A DNA stretch of 64,000 nucleotides from Oscillospiraceae bacterium (lineage in GTDB: Bacteria; Bacillota; Clostridia; Oscillospirales; Oscillospiraceae). Position numbers and translations under genes: made by a program. Of this stretch, positions 1-8,362 are shown one piece after another. The first letter of the stretch is position 1; each line of letters opens with the position of its first letter. The DNA lies in NCBI GenBank assembly GCA_902799075.1, contig CADBYZ010000004.1, forward strand, positions 1,294 to 65,293. The letters are read 5' to 3'. The notes beneath the pieces are model-generated. The model was not told where the DNA came from and did no database searches. It saw nothing but the letters and a program-made list of their open reading frames with translations.

Positions 1-455
1 ATGCGAGATTGTTCCCGGACACCGCGGGCGTGAGCTGCTATGAGCTGGTGCTTGCCGAGCCCGTCAAGGGCTTTGCCCGCACCGCCGCCGAGGAGAAGTT
101 CCCCATCAAGATGGCCGAGCTCCAGGACAACACCTACCGCTTTGAGCCCGGCAGGCTCTTCAAGCTCCTGCGCGCGGGCATGAAGCGCTCCATGCATCTC
201 GGCACGGCGGTCTACCCATACTGGGAAAACGCCGCCCGCGCAGCCGAGGACCGCGCCGCGGTCTGGCTTGCCGCGGCCCTCGTCACCGGCGCGCTCCCGG
301 CGGCGCTGCTGCTGTACTGGGTGATCCGCTCCCTGGTCCACGGCAAGAAAAAACTGGAGAGCGACGTGCTGCCCGAGGCGAAGACAAGGACGCGCGAGTT
401 CTTCCGCGAGCGTTCAAGAAGACGCTGGGAAAAGAAGCACCCCGGAGAATACTGA
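1..455 (+). CDS. hypothetical protein, C-terminal part (5' end outside window)
   Basis: The frame of track ORF 9..455 stays open to the window edge. One hydrophobic helix (AAVWLAAALVTGALPAALLLYWVI) is followed by a Lys/Arg-rich tail. No family recognised. Confidence 0.35.
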   Translation, partial: ARLFPDTAGVSCYELVLAEPVKGFARTAAEEKFPIKMAELQDNTYRFEPGRLFKLLRAGMKRSMHLGTAVYPYWENAARAAEDRAAVWLAAALVTGALPAALLLYWVIRSLVHGKKKLESDVLPEAKTRTREFFRERSRRRWEKKHPGEY

Positions 456-463
456 GCACTACA

Positions 464-506
464 AAGGCACCCCGTGCGAAATGCACGGGGTGCCTTGCTT
501 GTTTTT
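464..506. terminator. bidirectional intrinsic terminator between ORF 1..455 and pepT
   Basis: Perfect 14-bp stem AAGGCACCCCGTGC / GCACGGGGTGCCTT with a 5-nt loop, followed by GCTTGTTTTT. It sits between convergent genes. Confidence 0.8.
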
Positions 507-534
507 GTACACTCCCTTGCAAGACGCGCAGCGC

Positions 535-1755
535 TCACTCTTCCCTTTCACACACGATGTTCAGCAGGATCTCCACGACCTTGTCCATGTCCTCCACGGC
601 GATGTGCTCGCTCGGTCCGTGGAAGGCGGCGCCGCCGGTGCCGAGGTTCGGGCACGGCAGACCGCTGAACGACAGGCGCGCCCCGTCCGTGCCGCCGCGG
701 ATCGGGCTCGTCGCGGGTTTGAGCCCCGCCTTGCGGATGGCCCGCTCGGCCCGGCGGACGATCTGCATGTGGTCGGCCAGGATCTCCGCCATGTTGCGGT
801 ACTGCTCGTTGAGCGTGAGGGTGACGGTGCCCTCGCCGTACTCGGCGTTGAGCGCGCCCTCGATCTCGCGCAGGCGGTCGCAGCGGGCGAGAAAGCGCTT
901 TGCGTCATGGTCGCGCACGATGTACTTGAGCTCCGCCTCGCTCACGTCGCCGCGCATGTCCGTCAGATGATAAAAGCCCTCGTAGCCCTCGGTGCGGGCG
1001 GGGATCTCATCGGCGGGGAGCATGGCGTTGATGCGCATGGCGACAAGGCTCGCGTTGACCATCACGTCCTTGGCGGAGCCGGGGTGCACGCTCACGCCCT
1101 TGATAAGAAAGCCTGCCGAGGCGGCGTTGAAGGTCTCGTAGTTGATCTCCTCCGGGGCGTCCCCGTCCACCGTGTAGGCAAAGGCCGCGCCGAAGCGCTT
1201 GAAGTCCATCAGCCGCGCCCCGTGGCCGATCTCCTCGTCCGGGGTAAAGCACACCGCCAGCGCGCAGTGGGGCCGGTCAGAATGGATGAGCGTTTCGCAC
1301 ACGGTCATGATCTCGGCAACGCCCGCCTTGTCGTCCGCGCCCAGGAGCGTGGTGCCGTCGGTGGTGATGATGGTCTTGCCCACGCAGTTTTTGAGCTCGG
1401 GGAAGTCCCGCGGACTGAGCACCAGCCCGGACGTGCCGAGGGCGATGTCTCCCCCGTCATAGTCAAAGTGCGTCTGCGGCTTCACGCCGGTGCCGGAGAA
1501 GGCCGGGGCCGTGTCGATGTGTGCGATCAGGCCGATGACGGGCTCCGATTCCCAGCCGGGGCTTGCCGGCAGGAAGGCGTAGGTGTAGGCGTGGGGGTCG
1601 GTGTAGACCCGCTTCATCCCCAGGTCCTGCAGCTCACAGTGCAAAAGCCACGAAAAGGCGTACTGCTTTTCGGTGCTGGGGGTGACGGCGTCGTTGTCTC
1701 CGTTGCTCTGTGTGTCGATCGCCGCATAGCGCAATAAACGTTTGTATGCTCTCAT
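535..1755 (-). CDS. pepT: peptidase T (tripeptide aminopeptidase, M20B)
   Basis: Track ORF 535..1902 trimmed to the ATG at 1753-1755 (MRAYKRLLRYAAIDTQS). Motifs HIDTAP, LGADDKAGVAEIM and FTPDEEIGHG. Confidence 0.9.
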   Translation of the reverse strand: MRAYKRLLRYAAIDTQSNGDNDAVTPSTEKQYAFSWLLHCELQDLGMKRVYTDPHAYTYAFLPASPGWESEPVIGLIAHIDTAPAFSGTGVKPQTHFDYDGGDIALGTSGLVLSPRDFPELKNCVGKTIITTDGTTLLGADDKAGVAEIMTVCETLIHSDRPHCALAVCFTPDEEIGHGARLMDFKRFGAAFAYTVDGDAPEEINYETFNAASAGFLIKGVSVHPGSAKDVMVNASLVAMRINAMLPADEIPARTEGYEGFYHLTDMRGDVSEAELKYIVRDHDAKRFLARCDRLREIEGALNAEYGEGTVTLTLNEQYRNMAEILADHMQIVRRAERAIRKAGLKPATSPIRGGTDGARLSFSGLPCPNLGTGGAAFHGPSEHIAVEDMDKVVEILLNIVCEREE

Positions 1756-1780
1756 GTAAATAGCCTCGCAATTCTTCTTT

Positions 1781-1895
1781 GGCTCCCTCTCTGAGGGAGC
1801 TGTCGCGCAGCGGCTGAGGGAGTTGTGCGTCAGCTTACAAACCCCTTCCACCGCTGAAGCGGTCCCCCTCCCCCAATCGCCGCAAGCGGCTGGGG
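1781..1895. repeat. cluster of GC-rich hairpin modules in the ylmH-pepT spacer
   Basis: Hairpin GCTCCCTC-tctg-AGGGAGC, then CCTCCCCCA...TGGGGGAGG enclosing GCCGC-aa-GCGGC. Same style as the family C modules elsewhere in the window. Confidence 0.5.
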
Positions 1896-1905
1896 GAGGC
1901 AAGTT

Positions 1906-2649
1906 CTATCTGTACAGCTCCGCTGTCACAAACATTCTCCCTTTGCGGGAGCTGCCGCCGATCCCGGCGACTTTTCCCTTGCCGGTGCCGCGTAAGGTCA
2001 GCACGTCGCCCTCCTTCACAGGCGCGTCGGGTTTTAAGCACTCCGTGTAGTTGAGCTGGATAAGCCCCGCCGCGATCTGGCGCGTGACCTCCGTGCGCGA
2101 AAGGTGGAAAAGCCCCGCCGCCACCGCGTCCAGGCGCGGGCTCATGACCGTGAAGCGGCGCTCCTCCGTCTTCTTCCCGCGCACCGGGATCTCTGAAAGC
2201 GCGATTTCGACCGCCTTCACCCCGCAGCGGCCCACCTTGTCGATACTGAGCAAATGCCGCAGGACGCTCGGTTGACATAATACGATCGCCTCATGTCCCT
2301 CGACCAGGATATCGCCGACCCACTCGCGCCCGACCCCCATGCCGAGGATCGCGCCCATATAGTCCCGGTGCCCCGGTTCCCCGAAGGCGGCGGTGAGGCG
2401 GATAGCGCGGATGTGCTCGGAAACGTCCAGGGCGTCCGCCTCCATCCAGTCGGGCAGGAAAAAGGCGATACAGCGCTCGGCGTCCGGGTGGCCGCCGTGA
2501 AAGACCATGTTCGCCTCCCGGAGGGCTTGGTCGTGCTCGAGGGCGCAGCGCTCGGCGGGGGTGAGAAAGCCGGTATTCGTGGGCGTGCCCCGGCCCTCAC
2601 AGCGGCGCGCCAGGTCCTCGGCCCGTTTAAGAATCTCTTCTTTGTCCAT
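1906..2649 (-). CDS. ylmH: YlmH-like S4-domain RNA-binding protein
   Basis: 247 aa with the same motif order as B. subtilis YlmH: FLTPAE, GG..DAER, HRDYMGAILGMGVGREWVGDILV, and a C-terminal S4 region SPRLDAVAAGLFHLSRTEV..VKEGDVLTLRGTGKG. GAGG lies 9 nt upstream of the ATG. Confidence 0.8.
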   Translation of the reverse strand: MDKEEILKRAEDLARRCEGRGTPTNTGFLTPAERCALEHDQALREANMVFHGGHPDAERCIAFFLPDWMEADALDVSEHIRAIRLTAAFGEPGHRDYMGAILGMGVGREWVGDILVEGHEAIVLCQPSVLRHLLSIDKVGRCGVKAVEIALSEIPVRGKKTEERRFTVMSPRLDAVAAGLFHLSRTEVTRQIAAGLIQLNYTECLKPDAPVKEGDVLTLRGTGKGKVAGIGGSSRKGRMFVTAELYR

Positions 2650-5221
2650 CCTGCAGCCTCGTCTGATGTGCGTTGAAGTTTGTTTTTTTCAAGACCTCTT
2701 CGATCTGACTGAGTACCCATTCCACCTCGCCCCTGAATTCCCCGGACGAGCATCTGAGCACCCCGGAGCGCAAGGCCGACAGGCGGATGAGGTTGTCGCT
2801 GGTCACGACGCGCACCGCGTAGTTTTTGCCGATCTCGTCGACGATGCGCTCGATGTAGGCGTCGGCGGTCTCGCCGTCCTTCGTGAAGGCCACCGAGATG
2901 TTGTGGTACTCCGTGCGGGAACCGGGGTTGCCCGGCGTGCGGAAGCCGTCGAACACCAGCACGAGCCTTGCCCCCGTAAAGCCCGCGTAGCCCGAGAGGA
3001 TGTCCATGAGCCGCTCGCGGGCAAGGTCCAGACGGTCGCGCGCCAGGGCCTTGAGCTCGTCCCAGGCGAAGATGAGGTTGTAGCCGTCGACGATGATGTG
3101 CTCTTTCCTGGAAGATATCTGCGAGACCTCCGTCACGGCGGCGTTTACCTGCCGGGCGCGGTACTCGGGGCGGCGGATGGGGCCGAACTCCCGCTCCATG
3201 ATGGCCTCGAGCTCCCGGTCGTCGATGTTCAGGCTCCGGTAGCGCTGTATGGGCTTTGCGGGCGCTTCCTCCTGCTTCGGCTTCAAAACGCTTTCGAGGT
3301 GCATGTATTCCGGCACCTCACGCCAGTTCACGTTCATGCCCGCCCCGTGGGCGCAGAAGACGGAGTCGGCGGGGTTTTCCTCGTCCCGCTCGGGTTCATA
3401 CCCGATTTCTTCCACGATGCGCTTTTGCTCACTGCACGGGCGGTAGCCGCAGGGCGTGAGGCTCAGGCGGCCCCGGCCGTGGGACCAGGAGACCAGCTCC
3501 TCCATATAATGATTGAGCTTCACCGCCGGGGCCGCGCCCTCCAGGCGCAGGTACTCGCCCTGTTCCTCGGGGGACGAGAAGTCCCCGTTCATGGCGCGGA
3601 TGTCGGTGATGGCCCGGCCGATCTGCTCGGCGGGCACTTCCAGCACAAAGCTGTACCAGGGCTCGAGCAGCACGGACTCCGCCTGCATGAGACCCTGCCG
3701 CACGGCGCGGTAGGTGGCCTGGCGAAAGTCCCCGCCCTCGGTGTGCTTGAGGTGGGCGCGGCCCGCTGCCAGCGTGATGCGCATGTCGGTGACGGGTGAG
3801 CCGGTGAGCACGCCCCTGTGCTGCTTTTCGGCAAGGTGCGTCAAAATCAGGCGCTGCCAGTTGCGGTCCAGCACATCCTCCGGCACGATGCTGTCAAAGC
3901 TCAGGCCGCTGCCGGGCGGCAGGGGCTCAAGCAATAAGTGCACCTCGGCATAGTGGCGCAGGGGCTCGAAATGGCCCACGCCCTCCACGGTATTTTTGAT
4001 GGTTTCCCTGTATAAAATACGTCCGGTGTCAAGCTCGATCTCGGTATCGAAGCGGTCGCGGACGATGCTTTTGAAGATCTCCGCCTGGATCTTGCCCATG
4101 AGCTGGACGCTGATCTCCTTGGACTGCGCGTTCCAGACCACGTGCAGCTGCGGGTCCTCCTGGTCAAGCTGCATGAGCTTGGGCAGCAGGAGCATGGGAT
4201 CCGTGCCCTTGGGAAGCAGCACCCGGTAGCTCATGACCGGCTCCAATACCGGGCCCTCCGCGTCGGCGGCGGCGCCCAGGCCCTGGCCGGGTCTTGCGGC
4301 GCTTAAGCCCAGGGCCGCGCAGACCCAGCCCGCCCGTACCTCCTCGGCGGTGTCGAACTTCTGGCCCGAGTAGACGCGAAGCCCGCTGATCTTTTCCTCG
4401 ATGGGGTTGCCCTCGGCGTCGTTATATTTTGATAATGTGCGCACCCTGAGGCTCCCGCCCGTGACCTTGAGCCAGGTCAGGCGGTTTCCCTGGGCGTCGC
4501 GGGAAATCTTATAGACCCGCGCGGCAAAGTCCGGCCCGTAGGCGGGACAGGGGGCGTATTTTTCCAGGGCGTCCAAAAACTCGCCCACGCCCTCGGTCTT
4601 GAGGCCCGAGCCGAAGAAGCACGGGAAGAGCCGCCGGGAGGCAATCAGGCCGCGCAGAGTTTCGTCCCCGATGCTGCCGCCCTCCAGGTATTCCTCCATG
4701 GCCCCCTCGTCGCACATGGCGACAGCGTCGTCACGCTCGGGGCCGCCGAAATCGACGCAGCGCTCGGAAAGGCGCGAGCTCAGCTCGTGCATCAGGGCAT
4801 CGCGGCCGGGGCCGGGCAGGTCCATCTTGGTGATGAATAAGAAGGTCGGAACATGATAGCGCTCCAAAAGCTTCCATAGCGTCTCCGTGTGGGCCTGTAC
4901 GCCGTCGGTGCCGGAGATGACCAGCACCGCGCAGTCGAGTACGCGAAGCGTGCGCTCGGCCTCGGCGGAGAAGTCCACGTGGCCCGGGGTGTCCAGCAGG
5001 GTCAGGCTCCCCTCCCCCAGCGGCAGGACGGCCTGCTTGGAGAAGATGGTGATGCCCCGCTGCCGCTCCAGGGCATGGGTATCGAGGAAGCTGTCGCGGT
5101 GATCGACCCTTCCCAGCTTTTTCAGTTTTCCCGTGAGGTACAGCATGGCCTCGCACAGCGTGGTCTTGCCCGCGTCCACATGCGCCAGGATGCCCAGCAC
5201 CACATTCTTTTCGTTTCCCAT
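2627..5221 (-). CDS. EF-G/TetM-family translational GTPase fused to a C-terminal YacP/Rae1-type NYN ribonuclease domain
   Basis: A single 864-aa ORF. GTPase motifs are G1 AHVDAGKTT, G2 RGITI, G3 DTPGH and G4 TKMD, with domain V-like LLEPWYSF. Residues 706-864 (nt 2630-3106) read IIVDGYNLIFAW / LVLVFDG / VAFTKDGETADAYIE / VVTSDN, as in YacP/Rae1. Confidence 0.85.
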   Translation of the reverse strand: MGNEKNVVLGILAHVDAGKTTLCEAMLYLTGKLKKLGRVDHRDSFLDTHALERQRGITIFSKQAVLPLGEGSLTLLDTPGHVDFSAEAERTLRVLDCAVLVISGTDGVQAHTETLWKLLERYHVPTFLFITKMDLPGPGRDALMHELSSRLSERCVDFGGPERDDAVAMCDEGAMEEYLEGGSIGDETLRGLIASRRLFPCFFGSGLKTEGVGEFLDALEKYAPCPAYGPDFAARVYKISRDAQGNRLTWLKVTGGSLRVRTLSKYNDAEGNPIEEKISGLRVYSGQKFDTAEEVRAGWVCAALGLSAARPGQGLGAAADAEGPVLEPVMSYRVLLPKGTDPMLLLPKLMQLDQEDPQLHVVWNAQSKEISVQLMGKIQAEIFKSIVRDRFDTEIELDTGRILYRETIKNTVEGVGHFEPLRHYAEVHLLLEPLPPGSGLSFDSIVPEDVLDRNWQRLILTHLAEKQHRGVLTGSPVTDMRITLAAGRAHLKHTEGGDFRQATYRAVRQGLMQAESVLLEPWYSFVLEVPAEQIGRAITDIRAMNGDFSSPEEQGEYLRLEGAAPAVKLNHYMEELVSWSHGRGRLSLTPCGYRPCSEQKRIVEEIGYEPERDEENPADSVFCAHGAGMNVNWREVPEYMHLESVLKPKQEEAPAKPIQRYRSLNIDDRELEAIMEREFGPIRRPEYRARQVNAAVTEVSQISSRKEHIIVDGYNLIFAWDELKALARDRLDLARERLMDILSGYAGFTGARLVLVFDGFRTPGNPGSRTEYHNISVAFTKDGETADAYIERIVDEIGKNYAVRVVTSDNLIRLSALRSGVLRCSSGEFRGEVEWVLSQIEEVLKKTNFNAHQTRLQDGQRRDS

Positions 5222-5436
5222 GTGCGTATTTTACCAGCTTTTTCCGAAAGAATCAATGTAAAATATGGCGGAGTTAATGGCGTTATGTAACCTTTTGCAC
5301 ATTGCATGCAAAAAGAAATACAATTTTCTGAAACTTTGTCTATTATTTTTGTCAGAGTCATGTTATAATTAGAGAGTATATTGCAATCTCATTGACTTTG
5401 AATTATCTACTATATAAAATAAGGGGTACACACGAG

Positions 5437-6126
5437 ATGAAGAAAATACTGGTTTTGGAGGACGAGTCCAATATTCGCAGCTTTGTGGTCATCAATCTGC
5501 GCCGCAGCGGCTTTGAGCCCATCGAAGCCGGCACCGGCGAGGAGGCGCTGGAGAAGTGGAAGGTCAATCCCGACATCTGCCTTGCGCTGCTGGACGTGAT
5601 GCTGCCGGACATCGACGGCTTTGAGGTCTGCCGCCGCATCCGCGCCTCGGGCTCGAAGATGGGCATCATCATGCTCACCGCGAAGAACCAGGAGATCGAC
5701 AAGGTCACCGGCCTCATGACCGGGGCCGACGACTATGTCACCAAGCCCTTCTCCCCCGCCGAGCTCACCGCCCGCGTCGACGCGCTCATCCGCCGTCTGG
5801 GCGTGGACGACGCGGAGAAATCCTCCACCGAGATCGTGAGCGGGCCCTTCCTGCTCAACACCCGCAACCGCACCCTTGAAAAGGACGGGCAGCGCCTCAA
5901 GCTCACGCAGATCGAATACATGCTCATCAAGCTCTTTATGGAAAATCCCGGCAAGGCCATGAGCCGCGAGGATATCCTCTCCGCCGTCTGGGGCAGCGAC
6001 TTCACGGGCGAGCTCAAGACCGTGGACGTGAATATCCGGAGACTTCGCATCAAGATCGAAAACGACCCCACCGAGCCGGAGTATTTGACGACCGTGTGGG
6101 GCTACGGGTATAAGTGGGGGTACTGA
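5437..6126 (+). CDS. OmpR-family response regulator
   Basis: Track ORF trimmed to the ATG at 5437 (MKKILVLEDE), with AAGGGG 10 nt upstream. Receiver motif LLDVMLPDIDGFEV and winged-helix end YLTTVWGYGYKW. Confidence 0.9.
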   Translation: MKKILVLEDESNIRSFVVINLRRSGFEPIEAGTGEEALEKWKVNPDICLALLDVMLPDIDGFEVCRRIRASGSKMGIIMLTAKNQEIDKVTGLMTGADDYVTKPFSPAELTARVDALIRRLGVDDAEKSSTEIVSGPFLLNTRNRTLEKDGQRLKLTQIEYMLIKLFMENPGKAMSREDILSAVWGSDFTGELKTVDVNIRRLRIKIENDPTEPEYLTTVWGYGYKWGY

Positions 6127-6131
6127 GAAAG

Positions 6132-6333
6132 CGTGGAGTTTTGAGTGTGGAGTGTGGAGTTAAGGAGCGGCTCCGCCGCGATAAAAAAAGGCTCCGCCAA
6201 CAGTAACGCGAAGCGTACGCTTTCAAGGCATGGAAAAGAATTCAATCCGTCCCCCGAAAGGGAACACCATAACTTCACTCTCCACTCTTTAAACTCCAAA
6301 CTCCAAACTCCAAACTCCAAACTTCAAACTCAA
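6132..6333 (+). repeat. family A heptamer-armed hairpin element, copy A1 (between RR and HK genes)
   Basis: Left arm GTGGAGTTTTGAGTGTGGAGTGTGGAGTT (6133-6161). Right arm AACTCCAAACTCCAAACTCCAAACTCCAAACTTCAAACTC (6292-6331). The heptamer units are complementary at 6 of 7 positions, and the interior is about 130 nt. Confidence 0.8.
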
Positions 6334-6350
6334 ATTAGGAAGTACGATTC

Positions 6351-7367
6351 ATGTTTGGCAACTTACGAACACAGCTGCTGCTGTCGAGCATCGCGGCGCT
6401 GGCCCTGCTGCTGATGGGCACCTGGGCCTCCACGCACGGGCTCATGAACTGGGCCACCGCCATCTATATCGCCCTGTGCGTGTATGTGCTGGCGGTCAAT
6501 GTCTGGTTCCGGTTCTGCGTGGCGGGGCCGCTCGAGAAGCTGCGGGAATTTGCAAAGCGCATCGCCACCGGCAGCTTTGGGCTCAAGACCGAGGACTTTG
6601 AGCCTGACGAGATCGGTTACCTCGCCGAGGAGATCAACGGCATCTCCGAGAAAACGGCGCTGGCCGAGAAGACCAGGACGGAGTTTATCTCCCAGGTCTC
6701 CCACGAGCTGCGCACCCCCCTGACCGCCATCACCGGCTGGGCCGAGACCATCGCCTACGACCCCGCGGTGCAGGGCGACTCCCTCAGGGGCATCCAGATC
6801 ATCTCCAAGGAGGCCGAGAGGCTGACCAACATGGTCAAGGAGCTGCTGGAATTTACCCGCATCCAGGACGGGCGCTTCAATCTGCAGATCGAGCTCATCG
6901 ACATTGCCGCCGAGCTCGAGGACGCGCTGTTTACTTACGGGGAGCTCATGAAGCAGGGCGGCATGAAGGTCAACTACCGCGGCCCGAAATCCGAGATCCC
7001 GCTCATCCCCGGCGACTCCGAGAGGTTAAAGCAGGTGTTTCTGAACCTGCTCGACAACGCCATGAAGCACGGCGGCGAGGGCGGGCGCATCGACGTAGAC
7101 CTCAAGCAGATTGACGGCGCGGTGCGCATCCGCGTGCGCGACTACGGCCACGGCATCCCCGAGGCGGAGCTTCCCCACGTCAAGGAGAAGTTTTACAAGG
7201 GCAGCTCCAAGAACCGCGGCACCGGCATCGGTTTGGCTGTCTGCGACGAGATCGTCACCCGCCACGGCGGCACCCTGGACATCGCCAACGCCCCCGGCAA
7301 GGAGGGCGGCTGTCAGGTCACGGTGACCCTTCCCATCGGGGCGAAACTCAACGCAGGCGGGAAGTAA
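6351..7367 (+). CDS. sensor histidine kinase (two N-terminal TM helices, HisKA + HATPase_c)
   Basis: H-box VSHELRTPLTAITGW, N-box LLDNAMKHG, G-box GTGIGLAVC. Lies directly downstream of the response regulator. Confidence 0.9.
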   Translation: MFGNLRTQLLLSSIAALALLLMGTWASTHGLMNWATAIYIALCVYVLAVNVWFRFCVAGPLEKLREFAKRIATGSFGLKTEDFEPDEIGYLAEEINGISEKTALAEKTRTEFISQVSHELRTPLTAITGWAETIAYDPAVQGDSLRGIQIISKEAERLTNMVKELLEFTRIQDGRFNLQIELIDIAAELEDALFTYGELMKQGGMKVNYRGPKSEIPLIPGDSERLKQVFLNLLDNAMKHGGEGGRIDVDLKQIDGAVRIRVRDYGHGIPEAELPHVKEKFYKGSSKNRGTGIGLAVCDEIVTRHGGTLDIANAPGKEGGCQVTVTLPIGAKLNAGGK

Positions 7368-7405
7368 TCCCCGCATTATCGCAACATACAGAGGAGAATG
7401 CAATT

Positions 7406-8356
7406 TTGAAAAATCCCACATCCTGCAATTTCAAGACATCCATCGGCGGTCAGGCCCTCATCGAGGGCATCCTGATGCGCGGACCGAAGAAGCAGGCCAT
7501 CGTCTGCCGCACGGCGGACGGGCTTGTGGAAAAGACCGAAGACCTCAAGTTCATCAAGGACCGCTACCCGATCCTCGGCTGGCCGCTCATCCGCGGCTGC
7601 GCCATCTTCCTCAGCTCCATGATAAACGGCATGCAGGCCCTCACCTACTCGGCAAGCCTCGTCCCCCTCGAGGAGCAGGGCGAGCCGGATAAGCTCGACC
7701 AGTGGATCAACAACCACTTTTCCGAGGAGAAGGCCAAGAACATCATCATCGGCGTGGCGGTGGTGCTCGGCATCGCGCTGAGCCTGTTTTTGTTCATCTT
7801 CCTGCCCGCCCTGATCGTGAGCCTCATCAAGCCCCTGACCGAGAGCCTCTTTGTGCGCAACATCGCCGAGGGCCTCACCCGCGTCATCATTCTGCTGACC
7901 TACATGAAGCTCGTCACCCTCACCCCCGATGTCAAGCGCCTGTTTTCCTACCACGGCGCCGAGCACAAGACCATCTTCTGCTACGAGCACGGCAAGGAGC
8001 TGACGGTCGAAAACGTGCGGCCCGAGTCCCGCTTCCACCCCCGCTGCGGCACCAGCTTCCTGCTGGTCGTGGTGGTGGTGAGCATCCTGGTAAACTCCGT
8101 GGTGCGCGTGCAGAATACCTTCGCCCGCATGGGCTTTCACCTGCTGCTTTTGCCCGTCGTGGTGGGCATCAGCTATGAGATCAACCGCTGGTGCGGCCTG
8201 CACGACAACTGGCTGTCCGCCGCGCTCTCCGCGCCGGGCAAGTGGCTGCAGCGCATCACCACCAACGAGCCGGACGACAGCATGATCGAGTGCGCCATCC
8301 GCGCCATCGAGCTTGTCATTCCGGACGAACAGGGCAGCGACGCCTGGGGGAGCTGA
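7406..8356 (+). CDS. DUF1385 (YqhQ-like) membrane protein
   Basis: TTG start with GAGGAG 9 nt upstream. Motifs IGGQALIEGILMRGP, YHGAEHKTIFCYEHG and FHPRCGTSFLL. Classic neighbour of prmC. Confidence 0.85.
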   Translation: MKNPTSCNFKTSIGGQALIEGILMRGPKKQAIVCRTADGLVEKTEDLKFIKDRYPILGWPLIRGCAIFLSSMINGMQALTYSASLVPLEEQGEPDKLDQWINNHFSEEKAKNIIIGVAVVLGIALSLFLFIFLPALIVSLIKPLTESLFVRNIAEGLTRVIILLTYMKLVTLTPDVKRLFSYHGAEHKTIFCYEHGKELTVENVRPESRFHPRCGTSFLLVVVVVSILVNSVVRVQNTFARMGFHLLLLPVVVGISYEINRWCGLHDNWLSAALSAPGKWLQRITTNEPDDSMIECAIRAIELVIPDEQGSDAWGS

Positions 8357-8362
8357 ACGCTT

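Noticed and set aside
2627-5221. Calling the GTPase a tetracycline ribosomal-protection gene (tetM/tetO/tetW-like)
   Set aside because: The protein is about 220 aa longer than Tet(M) because of the NYN fusion. The domain IV loop region reads HLKHTEGGDFR rather than the YSPVS-type loop I recall for Tet(M). There is no transposon or conjugative context. The family relationship is real, but a resistance call is not supported.
6292-6331. Possible CRISPR array (regular short repeats here and at 9285-9316 and 27024-27057)
   Set aside because: The repeat unit is only 7 nt and is contiguous with no spacers. The arrays come as complementary arm pairs, and no cas genes are present. These are microsatellite hairpin arms, not CRISPR.
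6102-6414. Small ORFs translating as ..[17 protein letters not shown].. / ..[12 protein letters not shown]..
   Set aside because: They are read-through translations of the heptamer arms of repeat A1. The same peptides appear wherever the repeat occurs, in either orientation.
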